From: Vicugna vicugna
Taxonomy: Eukaryota
Direction: 5' to 3'
Length of the DNA stretch: 64,000 nucleotides
Assembly (NCBI GenBank): GCA_013265495.1
Contig: MU058213.1
Span: forward strand, 5,973,149-6,037,148
The notes under the pieces are model-generated. The model saw only the letters and a list, made by a program, of their open reading frames with translations. It searched no databases and had not been told where the DNA came from. Both the position numbers and the translations under genes were made by a program. Below are positions 1 to 12,640 of the stretch, piece after piece; within the stretch, counting starts at the first letter, position 1, and each line of letters begins with the position of its first letter.

Positions 1-752
1 AATTATTCAAGTAAGGATTTCACTACCTAGAACCTTTTAAATATTCTTAAGTCCCTTTTATATTGTCCAAATGTTCATTTAAAACTTCGTTTACCTATTC
101 ATTAAGTCACCATATCCTAGAAATATATTCTGGCCTAGTTTAAAAGTTGTAAAATCGAAACCTTTAACATATTCCTATAACTTAAAACTTTTTTAAAACT
201 AATTAATCATGGATTTTTTTTTCCCCTACCTTAGTAGTATGATTGGTGAGGTCTTTCTGAATTTCACTGAAAATCAGAATGTATAATGGCATAAATGCAA
301 ATTAAGTTCACCAAGTCAAACAAAATACTAAATATAAAGGTTACAGAATTTTAATATACTAGAGAAAACAGCAAGGAGCCAAGGTGAAAGATCTGGTAGG
401 AATTCCATCAATACTCTGCCAATTGTGGGGCAAGGTAGACATGTATTAAACTGTATTTTATTCTTCAAGTCTTCACACTATGAAGGAAGAAACAATGAAA
501 CTTGACTTTGTAATTTTTTTCAGAAGCAATAAAGAACAGCTCTCACTTTCAGGTCAACTTCAGCCAAATCTTAAGGGCTACTAGTCACCCAGAGCCTGGC
601 AACAGTAACTTTTCTTCCTTGACCCAACAAGGCAGAGTGCCAGAGGGAAACAGCAAAGAGTAGCACTATATAAACAGGGCAAGTGGCACAAGAGCAGAGG
701 CAAGTTATATAACCAAAATATATTTTAAAATATGTTTATAACTCGTAACAAC

Positions 753-840
753 CTTTGCCTTTGGTTGGTTTCTTGTTTGGAGTATCAGTTGAAACAGTTA
801 ATTCAATATTATCTGGATCGCCTCCTTCCTCTTCAATAGC
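753..840 (-). CDS. SLTM: SLTM coding exon 2 (88 nt)
   Basis: Not in the ORF track. The reverse complement reads TAG|GCT ATT GAA GAG GAA GGA GGC GAT CCA... = AIEEEGGDPDNIELTVSTDTPNKKPTKGK(G), continuing exon 1 in frame. Acceptor AG at 842-841; donor AAG|GTTGTT at 753/752. The gene continues beyond the left edge of the window. Confidence 0.95.
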
Positions 841-1429
841 CTACATTAGAAAGAGAAGTTAATATGCTACACAATCTATCTAAACTTATTTTATAAAAAT
901 GAAATGAAAAAAATTAGCAAACCTCAAGCCTCAAGACATTAGAATTGCCAGTCATTTCACACACCAACCTCAAAAAGAAGCAATTAAACTACACGAGTGA
1001 GAGAAACTTTCAGGAGGAAATATCATTAAGTATCAAAATCATATGAAGTTTTACATTTTACCCAGTCGAGAAAATTAACAATCACATATAATCACACTGA
1101 ATAAAAGTCTAAATATTCTCGATTGCAGAAAAGTTGCTAGCTGCGAAAGTAAAGAACTAAAAGGGGCTTTCCTAATTTCTATAATGCAAACTTATCTCTC
1201 CTCTACTACACTTTCAACGCTCACTCAAACCAGGAAAGATAATCAGGGATGAAAAAGCAGATTATAGCGCTAATGCAAAAACTGAAAACCCAGCCGAAAA
1301 CAAACCCCTTCTGTTACCCACCCATCAACTCCCACTACGAATTCCCCCCCAATACGGGGAGGAAACGGTTGGGCACAATTAAACGGTAACTTCGCACAGG
1401 TCACCAAAGTAACCAGTCCCTTCGAGGCC

Positions 1430-2430
1430 AAGAAATGCACGCGCTCACCATCGGTAAAGGCTGGGGACCGAGCGCCTCCCGGGTCTCCACGATCGCCCTC
1501 GGGAGGCCGCGCCGGCTGGTCGCAGCCCTCGCAGCCTGGCAGGGACGTCCCGGGGGAGGCAGGGGCGCGCTCGGCTGCGGCGGCCTGTCCCGGGCGGCTC
1601 GCGGGCCCCTGGAAGGCCGGTCCCGGCGCGCGGGGGCGGGGGCGCCGCAGGAGGGTCCTCCCCCACCCCGCGCGCGCGGGCGCCGCCCGGGGCCTCCCCA
1701 CCGCGCTGCCCCGCGGGACCCGGCGGCTGCGGTCGGCCGGGGACTGCGGCGGAAGTGGGGGTTCCGAGGCGCGGCCTAAGCTCGCCTTCCCGGACCTCGC
1801 CGGGCCTCACCTGCTTGAGTCGGGAGACGAGCACAGTCTTGACTCCGGTGATGTCCAAGTTCCGCCGCTTCAGCTCGGACTTGAGATCGATGACCCGCAG
1901 ATCGGTGATCTTTTTCCCTTCCGCCTGACCCGAGGCAGCCGGCGCTGCCACAGCACCGGTAGCGGCAGCCATTTTAGAAGAGCAGCGCGCCGCCGAGGCA
2001 GCGAGTGGGCTGCAGGGCGGCGGCAGCAGCTCCAACTTCGACCCAGGCCTCGCCGGCCGCCGGCGCCGCGCAGCGCTGCGCACAATGAGCCACTGGCCCC
2101 GCCCCCTGCTCGCCACCCCAGCGCAACCTGCAGCCGCAACCAGCACCCGGATGACGGACGCGCGTGCGCACTGATGCGGGGCGGGGGAGACGGCGCCCCG
2201 CGCGCCGCGGAGCCGGCCGCGGCCACCTGGGCGGTGCGATCGCTTGCGTGGGCTGGGAGGTCAGGCGAGTCCAACCGCGCCAACGTCCGCCCTGCCGCCG
2301 TTCCCCCGCCGCTTCGTTAGCCATTTTCTGGCAACGTCTCGAGTCTTGAGCAACAGCAGTGTGCTAGGCACCCTCGGCAGGGATAGTTCGCGCGTTACTC
2401 AACACAGCCCAAGGGGCATGTGCGCGCCCT
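1430..2430. promoter_or_regulatory. SLTM: SLTM CpG island / promoter
   Basis: Very GC- and CpG-rich. NRF1-like GCGCGTGCGCA 2160-2170; GC box GGGGCGGGG 2178-2186; CRE half-site TGACG 2152-2156; YY1-like GCCATTTT at 1968-1975 and 2320-2327. Confidence 0.9.
1811..1972 (-). CDS. SLTM: SLTM (SAFB-like transcription modulator) coding exon 1, 54 codons, most of the SAP domain
   Basis: Translates [54 protein letters not shown], matching the recalled SLTM N-terminus with SAP motif. ATG in AAAATGG context at 1972; donor CAG|GTGAGG at 1811/1810 (phase 0). Confidence 0.97.
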
Positions 2431-3129
2431 GGCCCTCTTCCAGGAAGGTTCTGCTGAATAATCGAAAAACTGTGGCCACCGTGCACGAATGAACTAGGTT
2501 CCCCAAGTTCCATTCAAAAGCTGGAAAGAAACCCAAGGGTGGTTAATATAAAGAGTATAAAGGGTTATAGGAATATAAAGGGCTGGCATGTGTGACAAGT
2601 CTCACCAGCTGTCTCAGGGGAAAACATGCCTTTGCCCAGGAAGGCTTAGTTTATTCTAGGGCTGCCCAGGTCACTGGAAAAGCGGGACAGCTTCCCTGCA
2701 CTGGCCTGTTAACTATCCTCCTCGGAGGACCTGGCGGCTAAACACGATATTGATTACTGAGTGAGGAAGTTAGTTTTTTAAGCGCTTGTTACCGTTCTCA
2801 GACATTGCGTTCATGATTTTGTGCCTCCAGAGTTTGGGATTCCAAGAACAATGACCATCTTCTGTGGAACTGGCCTGTACAAGTGAGTAACTTTTGCCAT
2901 TATTAATCATAAAAGCTTAAGCATTTATGGAATAAAAAGTATTCTATAAATTCCATAAACAGAGTGTGACACACAGTTAACTCCTACTGACATTTCTTGG
3001 TTTTAAAAGTCAAATTGATGAGGTCTGTGTACTTTAGGTTGCCTTTTCTCATTAACTATTAGAGCAAAAAAAAAAAAAAAAAAGACTGCATATTGTAAAA
3101 TAATACCTAACATTTGGGCCGTTCTTTAT

Positions 3130-3295
3130 GGTTTGTAATGCACTTTGACATGCAATAACCCCCTAATCTTTCCAGACCCTGTGAGGTAAATCTCTTTAAA
3201 GCTTAGAGAGATTAAATGGCTTGTCCATGTTCACATAGCTGGTATGTAGCCGAACTGGTGCTCAAATCCGGTCTCCTGATTCCAAATCCACCTCT
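3130..3295 (-). mobile_element. MIR SINE fragment
   Basis: Core similar to the MIR reverse strand (gagagattaaatggcttgtccatgttcacatagctggta...ctcaaatccggtctcctgattccaaatcc). Confidence 0.75.
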
Positions 3296-3619
3296 GTCTC
3301 TGTTACAAATTGTTTCACAGTCATAGAATGTTAGAATTCGAAGGATCTTTACAAATCTTATGACTCAGTCCTGTCTCTCTCTCTCTGTCTCTCTAATACA
3401 TGAAGATTTTAAGAATTTTACTGACGGACCCACAACTAATTATTGGCTAAACTGGCATTAAACCTCCAATCTCATACCAGTGCCTTTTCCCCTCAGCCAC
3501 CGTTCTCCCCTCTTCTATGGACACTATGACACCAAAACCTAATGTTACATGTAAAATGACTGAGTTTTTTGTCTTTAAGAAAATCTAATAATGAAGTTAT
3601 CTTAAAATGGAGATCTTTT

Positions 3620-4640
3620 CCTTCTGATCCAATGCACTTGAGGACACATCACCTGCCATATTGCCAAGAATGTTTAACCTAAATCTCACCGAAGAAAACA
3701 ATCAGACAAATGTAATTGTAGGACATTTCACAGAATAACTGCTATGGATTCAAAAAAGCAGTATAGATGTACCTTGGTATCAGACAGGAGACTGGTTCTG
3801 GGACCTCCTCAGATACCCAAACCTGTAGATGCTCAAATCTTATATAAAATGGTGTAGTATTTACATATATCCTGGGCACATCCTCCTGTATTTTCAAAAT
3901 CATCTCTAGATTACTTAAAATACCTAATACAATGTAAATGCTGTGTCAGTATTTATAAATAAGATGTAAATGCTATGTAAAGAGGTACTGGTATGCGGCA
4001 AACTCCAGTTTTGCTTTTTGGAAATTTCTGGAATTTATTTCTTTCTTTTTTGTTTGTTTATTTATTTATTTATTTAGGTATTTTTGATCCGCCATTGATT
4101 GAATCCATGGATGGTTGAATGCGTGGGTATGGAGGTTCTGATTATATCATAAAACTAAAAGTAGTTGAGCGGTTCTAGAATAAAGATGACTAAAGAAATA
4201 TGAGAACTGAATTTCACGTGTGACTGTTGTTTGGATCCTGGATCAGAGAGCACAAAAGCTGCTAAGTGGACAATTGAGAAATTTGAAACATTTGGGAGAT
4301 TTGGCTGTGTGTTAAATTCTGTTACTGTACCAAGGTTAAAAATCTGAAGTGTTATGTTGTGGTTATGTAGAATGTCCAACTTCTTAGGAGATACTCACTG
4401 AGGGTCTTAGAGGTGAAGTTTCATTCTATCTGCAATTTACTTTCTAATGGGAAAGAGAGAGAGAGAACACGCAAGTGTGGCAATATGTTACAATAAAGTA
4501 AGTGTAGCAAAATGTTAATAAGTAGGGAAACAAATGTGGCAAAATTAGAGAACAGTAACAATTAGAATATGTAGATGAAGGCCATAAGGTTGTTCGCTGT
4601 ATACTGTTTAATTTTTTCTAGGTTTGAAGTTATTAAAAAT
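3620..4640 (+). mobile_element. Old L1 (L1MC/ME-type) 3' UTR fragment, interrupted by MER2B
   Basis: Motifs aatcagacaaa...ggacatt...gagatactcactgagggtcttagaggtgaag...atctgcaatttactttctaatgg are typical of L1MC 3' UTRs. Confidence 0.65.
3764..4144 (+). mobile_element. MER2B-like TcMar-Tigger DNA transposon
   Basis: Matches the recalled MER2 consensus (gatgctcaa...tataaaatggtgtagtattt...catctctagattactt...atacctaatacaatgtaaatgct), with TA flanks and degenerate terminal inverted repeats. Confidence 0.85.
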
Positions 4641-6195
4641 AAATTGGGAGGAAACCCATACATAAATCTAATGTTTTTTGTAATAGAGGAAAAAATAAAA
4701 CAGAGATAATATATTTCTTTACCTTTAACATAGAGGATATTTAATTTTGTCATTTAATCTATGATTCTTGTTTTGTGTTTTGCTTTTTTTTTTTGAATTA
4801 TCTAAATAATTCACCTTTAAGTGAATCTTTGTTTACTACAATACATTTTTCCTCTTTTCATCCTGTAGTGAAATATATTTAGGCGAAGAAACGTGATGCA
4901 TTTGTTTCTCTATCAAGAATGATGCTAAAAAAATAATGACAACTTATATTTTATGTATAAAGCCTCTTGCCAGTTATTGAGTACTTCTACATTCATTATG
5001 TTATTTATTTTTACAAAAGTTCATCATTAAACACGTATCTATTGAATATTTACTACCTGCCAGGCATGTTAAGGTCTAGGAAGAAAATGAATACCTTATC
5101 TATATTGTTCACCATTGTGTGGGCTCCTAACAGAGTGTAAATGTTCAATAAGTACTGATTGCCTGAAGAAAACCAGACTGGCCTGCCCTTATGGGGTTTA
5201 CACTCTTGACAGCAAACTAAGACATTAGTCAATCTTAAAAATACGTATAAAATTGCAACTGTAGCTAGGGGAATGAAAGATAAAGACACAGTGCTCTGGG
5301 AACCTATAATAGGAAAATTTAACTCTTATAGGGATAGATTAAATGATCCTTATTTTATGAAAGAGAAATCTGAGATTCAATAATGTCAGTAAGTAGTCCA
5401 AGAGCAAAGTGTTAATAAAGGGAAGAAGATCCAGGATGATTCTAAATCTATTGCTTTTTTTTCTTTTTTTTTTTACTGTAACACCTTGTTTTCCATCAAA
5501 GTTTATTTGCGTTCCCCAAAAGAGTTTTATTCCTTCCTCCTAATATTAAGCCCCAATTGATACTGCTCTCTCTATTTTTTTTTAGATACCTCAGTCTTTG
5601 CTTACCATATTCCTGCCCAGCATCATTGTTCCTTACCCCTACTTTCAAATTAGGCCTTCAAACCTTTTGTGTCTTGAAATATCTTTGCTTGACCCCCCTA
5701 TTTACTATTGGCAACAGTTGCATTATTGTACCCTTCTCCTAATGGAAAGTGTATAGCTTCTCGTATTGACAGAGGAGGTATAATAGTTAAATGTCCCGTC
5801 TGAAGATAACAAAAATGCTTGACCAAATATATTATTCAAATCTTCTTGTCCTTACCGATTTCCTATGTGCTTGTTATATTACTTACTGTGAGAAGTGTGT
5901 TAAAAATTTCCCACCAAGAATGTCGATTTGTTGATTTTTTTGTAGAACTGTCAAATGTTACTTCATGTATTTTAAGGCTTTGTTATTAGGGGCATAAAAA
6001 AGTGTAATCGTTACATCATTACTAAATGGGCCTTTTATCTTTAGTTGGATTTTTTCCACCCTTAAATACTATACCAGCTTTTCGTTGGCTAGTGCTTACA
6101 AAGTACGTCTTTTTCCATACTTTTGCCTTCAGCCTTTTTTGTGTGCTCCTTAAATGTACTTTTCTAACTAGCGTACTGTTGTTGTTGTTGTATAT

Positions 6196-6395
6196 ATATA
6201 TTTTTAACTGAACTGTAATCAGTTTACAAAGTCTTGTCAATTTCTGGTGTACAGCATCATGCTTCAGTCATTCGTGAACTTACACATACTTGTTTTCATA
6301 TTCCTTTTCACCATAGGTTACTACAAGATATTGAATATAGTTCCCTGTGCTGTACAGTATGAACTTGTTGTTTATCTATTTTGTATATATTAGTT
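6196..6395 (-). mobile_element. Young lineage L1 3' end
   Basis: Poly-T followed by the L1 3' terminal motif ...tattgaatatagttccctgtgctgtacagta..., shared with copies at 56.3, 53.2 and 58.7 kb. Confidence 0.8.
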
Positions 6396-6483
6396 ATGTT
6401 TTTAATCTAGACTGATGATCATCTCTTTTACCTGAAATATTTAATGCATTAACACTTAATATAATTACTTTTAGATTTAGATG

Positions 6484-6965
6484 TATGTCAGGGTTCTCCA
6501 GAGAAACAGAACCAGACTGTAGTCTTGTCTCATACAATTTGGAGGCTGAGAAGTCCCAAGATCTGCTATCTGTATTGTGGAGATGTGTCTTCATTTTTTT
6601 TTTTTAATATATCCCACTTGGACTTTGTTGAACTTCTTAAATTTATAGATCAAGAAGATTTCCTCAGGGGGAGGGAATAGCTCAGTGGTAGAGTACATAC
6701 CTAGCATGCATGAGGTCCTAGGTTCAACCCCCAGTATTTCCATTAAATAAATAGATAAACCTAATTACCTCCCCCCACTAAAAAAATAAATAAAACTAGA
6801 CTACTTATTTTTTTTTTAAAAAAGACAGTTTCCTGACTTTACACCCAGGAAAGCCAATGGTGTAATTCCAGTCCAAGTCTGAACACCCGAGAACCAGGGG
6901 AGCCACTGGTGTAAATCCCAGTTTGTGTCAGAAGATTGATGCTCCAGCTCAAACAGGCAGGCCTG
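6484..6965 (+). mobile_element. MLT2-like ERVL LTR fragments, interrupted by other insertions
   Basis: tcagggttctccagagaaacagaacca...ggaggctgagaagtcccaagatctgc and acccaggaaagccaatggtgtaattccagtcc are MLT2 hallmarks. Confidence 0.75.
6667..6795 (+). mobile_element. tRNA-derived SINE (camelid Vic-1-like)
   Basis: Pol III A box (tagctcagtgg) and B box (ggttcaaccc), tail aaacctaattacctcccc, A-rich end; three more copies in the window. Confidence 0.88.
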
Positions 6966-7149
6966 ATCTGATGGTTAGCTTTCAAATTTGTCTCTCTTCA
7001 AAGATAATACTAGAAGAATATTATTATGATCTTGAATTAGGAAATTATTTATTTATAATGACACAAAAAGCATGAACTACAAAGGAAAAGATTGACTTAT
7101 TTGACTACATTAAAATTAAGAATTTTGTTTATCAAAAGATAACATTAAA

Positions 7150-10100
7150 AGAGTTACAAAAACAATACAGAATTCCCATGTACCTTTCATTCAGTTTCTC
7201 CAGATGATTGCCTCTTACATAACTATTACCACCATTATCAGAATCAGGAAATTGATATTGGTACATTGTATGTGTATAATTCTACACCATTTTATCATAC
7301 ACAGGTTCACATAACCATGACTACACTCATGATGTAGAACTAATCCATCATCACAAATATATCCCCTGTGGTACTCCTTTTATAGCACACCCACTCCTCT
7401 CCCCCACCCCCACCAACCCTAGCCCCTGGCAGCTTACCTATTCTTTATTTCTATAATTTACTTAAAGAATGTTACAAAAATGGAATCATTGAAATCATGT
7501 TTTTTTCCCAATCAGCATAAGTCTCTTGCAATCCAAGATGTTGCATGTATCAATAGTTTGTTCCTTTTTATTATTTTATTTTATTTAGATTTATTTTACT
7601 TAGTATTCCAATAGCATGGATGTACTACAGTTTGTTCAGTCACTCACTTATTGAAGGAAATTTTTGTTGCTTTCAGCCTTTCACTATTACAAAGAACTAT
7701 TTATATTTGTTATAGATTTGTGTGTGGACTCCATTTTCCTGGGACAAATGCCCAGGAGTGTGAATGCTATGTCAAAAACAAAAGATTAATATCCCTAATT
7801 TTAAAAGAGCTTTTATGCCAAATAAATAAATAAATTAAAGTACATAAATAAAAAGAGCTTTTAAAAGTAGAGAAGAAAAAGTTATGTGCTATGGATGTTC
7901 ACTTTTTAAGAAACTGCCACAGTTTTCCAGGGTGGCTGTACCATTTTATAGTCCCACTAGTAATCTATGAGACACCCAGCCTTTCCACATTGAATATTTT
8001 TTAATTCAGCTGTTTTAGTAGGTATATAGTGATGTCTCATCAAAAGTTGGCATTTTAAATGACTAAAGTGAACCCATTTCTAATACCAGGTTGAATTCAA
8101 ATGGATTAGATATTTAAACATGAGCGATGAAATCATACAAGTCCTGGAAGAGAGCATTGGTGAATTCCCAGTTCCTGGCAACCAGTGACCTGACTTCTTT
8201 CACCATAGTTTTGCCTTTTCCAATTTGTCATATAAATAGAATCATATAGTATGAAGCCTTTTGATTTTGGCTTATTTTACATGGCTTAATGCTATTGAGG
8301 TCCATCTATGTTCTTGCATGTATTATTGCTTCCTTCTGTTTAATGGCTGAGCAGTATTCCATTATATGGTTGTACCATTATTTGTTTATCCATTAACCAG
8401 TTGATAGGTATTTGAGTTGTTTTGAATATTATGAATAAAGCAGCTGTAAATATTCACACACAAGTATTTGTATAGATATATGTTTTCATTTTTCTTGGAT
8501 ACATACCTAGAAGTAGGTAGTATATATATTTGACTTAAGGAGAAACTGCCAAACTGTTTCCCAGATACGTTATTTTCCATTCCCACCAGCAATATCTGAG
8601 GATTTCAGTTGCTCTAAATTCTTATAAGCACGTAATACGCTCAGTTGTTTTTATTTTAACCATTCTAGTAGATATGCAGTGTATTTTATTGTCATTTTAA
8701 TTTGCATTTCTCTTATGGCTAATAATTTTGGGTATATTTTCATGTGTTTACTTGCCATCTTATATGTGATGAGATGTCTATTCAAATCTTATTGCTCATT
8801 TTAAAAGCTAGATTGTTGTCTAATTATTGAGGTTTAAATTTTTTAATAGTATGCATATAACTCCTCTTTTAGAAATGTGACTTTCAAATATTTTCTACTG
8901 TTCTCTAGCTTGTACCATCATTTTATTAGGAGTACTTTCAAAAAACAGGACTTTGAAACTTAGGAAATCCAGTCTATCATTTTTTCCATGATTAAGACCT
9001 TTTACATTTTATCAAAAAAATATTTGCCTAACACAAGGACACAAAGATTTTCTCTGATGTTTTCTTCTAGAAGTACTATAGTTTTAACTCATTTTGATCC
9101 ATTTTGAGTTAATTTTTGTATATGGTGTAAGAGAACAGTCAAAATTCACTTTATTACATATGGTAGTATAATTGTCACATCACCATTAGTTGAAAAAACT
9201 ATTCTTTCCCCGTTGAAAGAATAGTTGGCAACATTGTTGAAATCAATTGAACACATATGTTTTGAACTCTTTCTGAATTTTCTGTGTTCCACTGAGCTGT
9301 GTGTCTTTCCCTACGGGATTGCCACATTGTCTTGATTATTGTAATCCCATAGTAAGTTTTGAAATGAAATAGTGTGAGTCCCCAAATTTGTTGCCTTTTT
9401 GAAAATTATTTTACTACTCAAGGTCCTTTATATTTCTATATAAATTTAAGAATCCATTTTCCGATTTCTCAAAAAAAAAACTGTAGGATTTTAGTTAGAA
9501 TTGGGTTGACTCTTTAGATCAATTTGGAGAGAACTGACATCTTAACAACATTGAGTCTTCCCAACCGTGTATATGGTGGTATTTCTTTCCATTTAGTTTG
9601 ATCTTCTTTATTGTTTCTTAGCAATGGTTTGTAGCTTTCAACATACAAATTTTGTTTCTATCTTGTTAGACTTCGCCAAAAATATTTTGTGGGTTTTGAT
9701 GCTATTGTAAATTGTTTGGTTTTCTTAATATAATTTTTCAGTTTTTGTTACTAGTATACAGGCTACAATTAATTATAGTTTGACTTCTGTCCTTGTACCT
9801 TTCTAAACTTACTTATAGGTTGTAGCCACGTTTTGTAGATTTTTTTCTAGATGGACAGTATATCTCCATTTTTAATCCATCTGCCTTTTATTTCTTTTTC
9901 TTGTCTTATCTCACTAACTCGGAACTCAGAGTAATGATGGATAGAAGTGGTGAGAGCACATATAGTTGCTTTGTTCCAGATCTTAAGAGGAAAGCATTTA
10001 GTCTTTCAACATAAGTATGATGTTAGCTATAGGTTTTTCATAGATGCCCTTTATCAAGTTGAGGAGCTCTCCTTCTGTTCCTAGTTTACTGAACATTATT

Positions 10101-10710
10101 ATCATGATTGGATGTTGAACTTTATTAAATAATTTTTCTGTATCCATTGAGATGATCATGTGGTCTTCCCAAAAGTCTCTAATGTGCTAAATTATATTAA
10201 TTTTTTAATGTTGAGCTAAACTTGTGTTCTTATAATAAACTCTAATTGGAAAACTAAAATTTTCCTTAAAATTTTTTCAACCCATAGGTTGTATATTATT
10301 CTTTTTAATATGGCTGAATTATAGTAGTTAATATTTTGGTAGGAGTTTTTGAATCTGTATTTGTGGGGTATGAAATTTCCTTTCCTTTAATGTCTTTATC
10401 TGCTTTTGGTGTCAGGGTAATGCTGGTCCCCTAAAATGATCTGGGAGGTGTTCCTTGCTCTTCTATTTTTCTACAGTGTGAACAAAACTAGTATCATTTC
10501 TTCCTTAAACATTGGGCAAAGTTCCTCATGGAAGCCCTCTAAATCTAGAATTTTCTTTGTGGGAAGTTTTTAAGTACAAAATCAACTTCTTCAGTAGACA
10601 TATGGCTCTTCAGGTAGTTTATTTCTACTTGAATAAGCTTTGGTAATTTGTGTTTTTCAAGGGACTTGTCCCTTTCATCTAAGTTATCGAAAACACTGGC
10701 ATAACTGTTC
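7150..10710 (-). mobile_element. Cluster of old L1 (L1MB/MA-type) ORF2 and 3' UTR fragments
   Basis: Continuous T-rich antisense L1 motifs (aaactgccaaactgtttccc, aatttgcatttctctt, gaaagcatttagtctttcaacataagtatgatgttagctataggtttttcatagatgccc); no intact ORF. Confidence 0.85.
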
Positions 10711-11339
10711 CAGGTGAAAAGGAAATTTTTCTTCTTCTAAGAGACAAGAATATAGTGAAATGCCTTTGTTTTCCCTTAACATATTAGGTTGGCATGGAGC
10801 TAAAAGTTTGTTAACTTGCTGTGTGATCAAAAATATCTTGTCAAGATGTGCTCATGCAATGCTGATTAGAGAATAAGTTGACCTCTTTGGAGATCAGTTG
10901 AAAATATGTAACAAAATTATAATGCACAAATCCTTTGGCCCAGAAATTCTACTCATAGGTAATAATGTATTCTTATAGGTAATGACATACTTACGGGAAA
11001 TAACATGTGTACCAAGATATCTATTGCAGCATTGCTTATAATAGCAAAATATCCTAACCTGAAAATTAATCCATGAACATTCATCAATGATATGGTTATA
11101 CAGTAGAATATTCTGCACATATTAATAAGAGTGATAGATCAATATATATACTACTGTGGAAAGATCTACAGATCAATTAAAACACAAACAAACAAAGCCA
11201 GGCACCAGAGGATAATGTGAATGGTGTGCTATCGTTTGCAAGGGAAAATATTACGTTTGATTATGTATAAATACATAAGGCATCATCTGATAGAATATAC
11301 AAGTAACTTAATACTGGTTGCTTCGTAGAGGTATAATTT

Positions 11340-11658
11340 TGTCTTAGTCCATTCAGTCAGCTTCAACAAGAACACCATAGACCTGAGTAGCTCATAAACA
11401 ACAGAAATTTATTTCTCATGGTTCTGGAGGCTTGGAAATTCAAGATCAAGGTGCCAGCAGATTCGATGTCTGGTGAGAGCAGTCGAGACAAAGGGAGCTC
11501 TCTGGATTAGTGCCACTTTTTATAGGGCACTAATCCTATTCATGAGGGCAAAGCTCGCTCAATTACCTCTCAAAGGCCCCATCTGCAAATACTATCCCAT
11601 TGACGATTATGTTTCAGCATATAAATTTGGGGGAGACACAAACTTTCAATCTATAACA
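11340..11658 (-). mobile_element. MLT1A-like MaLR solo LTR
   Basis: tgtcttagtccattc...aacaacagaaatttatttctcatggttctggaggc...caagatcaaggtgccagcagattc...aatttgggggagacacaaac. Confidence 0.85.
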
Positions 11659-11659
11659 A

Positions 11660-12640
11660 ATTTGCATGCCATTTAAAATGTACAACTTATTGATTTTTAG
11701 TAAATTTACAAAGTTGTGCAACCATTCTCACACTCCAGTTTTAGAACATTTCTACCAAACCAAAATGATCTCTGGTGCCCATTTGTGGTCAATCCTTGCT
11801 CCCAGCTCCAGCCCTAGGCAACATTATCTTTATATAGATTTGCCTTTTCTGTACATTTCATATAAAGGGAATTATACAATATATGTTATACATCTGGCTT
11901 TTGGGGGGTTCATCCATTTTGTAGTCTTTATCAGTTCTTTGTTCCTTTATATTGTTGACAACGTTTATATATAATGACAATGTTTGTATATATATATGTA
12001 TATACACACACACATATATATAATTGTTTATCCCTGAGCTATTTGATAGACTAGGTTGCTTCTACTTTTTGGCTATTATGAATAATGCAGCTATGAAAAC
12101 ATATATATAAGTCTTTGTGTGGACATATGTTTTCATTTTTTTTGGATAGATGTCTAGGAGAGGAATTGCTGGGTTTTATTGTAAATTTATGTTTAATTTT
12201 AAAGAAACTGCCACAGTTTTCCAAAGCAGCTGCACTGTTTACATACCCATCAGCATATATGAGGGTTTCATTTCTCCACATCTTTTCTAACACCTGTTAT
12301 TGTCTGGTTTGGTTTTTTTTACTATAGCCATAATAGTGGATGTGAGGTGGTATCTTATTGTAGTTTTTTTTTTTAAGTTTTTGTTTGGGGGAGGAAGTAA
12401 TTAGGTTTATTAATTAATTTATTTTTAATTTTTTCAACAGAGGTCCTGGGGATCGAACCCAGGACCTTGTGCATGCACTCTACCGCTGAGCTATTCCCTC
12501 CTGATTGTAGTTTTAATTTGCATTTCCCTAATGGCTAATGAAGTTGAGTATCTTTCCATATATTTATTCCAGCCATTCATATACTTCTTTTGTAAAATAT
12601 TGCCCATTCATAAGTGGATTATTTGGGGGTTTCTTTAAAA
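11660..12640 (-). mobile_element. L1MB-like 3' fragment
   Basis: ttagtaaatttacaaagttgtgcaaccat...ggctattatgaataatgcagctatgaa...aagaaactgccacagttttccaaag. Confidence 0.8.
12364..12501 (-). mobile_element. tRNA-derived SINE (camelid Vic-1-like)
   Basis: Reverse complement of the 6667 element; target-site duplication (TSD) attgtagtttt at 12357-12367 and 12504-12514; lacks one GCATGC unit. Confidence 0.88.

Noticed and set aside
1445..2146. 233-aa ORF as a complete protein
   Set aside because: Only 1972-1811 is SLTM coding. The start at 2146 is non-ATG and the C-terminal part is read-through into intron 1.
1270..2492. Other overlapping Arg/Pro/Gly/Ala-rich ORFs in the SLTM CpG island
   Set aside because: Expected from the scarcity of stop codons in GC-rich DNA; no recognisable protein.
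6667..6745. tRNA-like sequence (also at 12.4, 50.6 and 51.8 kb)
   Set aside because: SINE heads: diverged, with a shared non-tRNA tail, A-rich end and TSDs; not tRNA genes.
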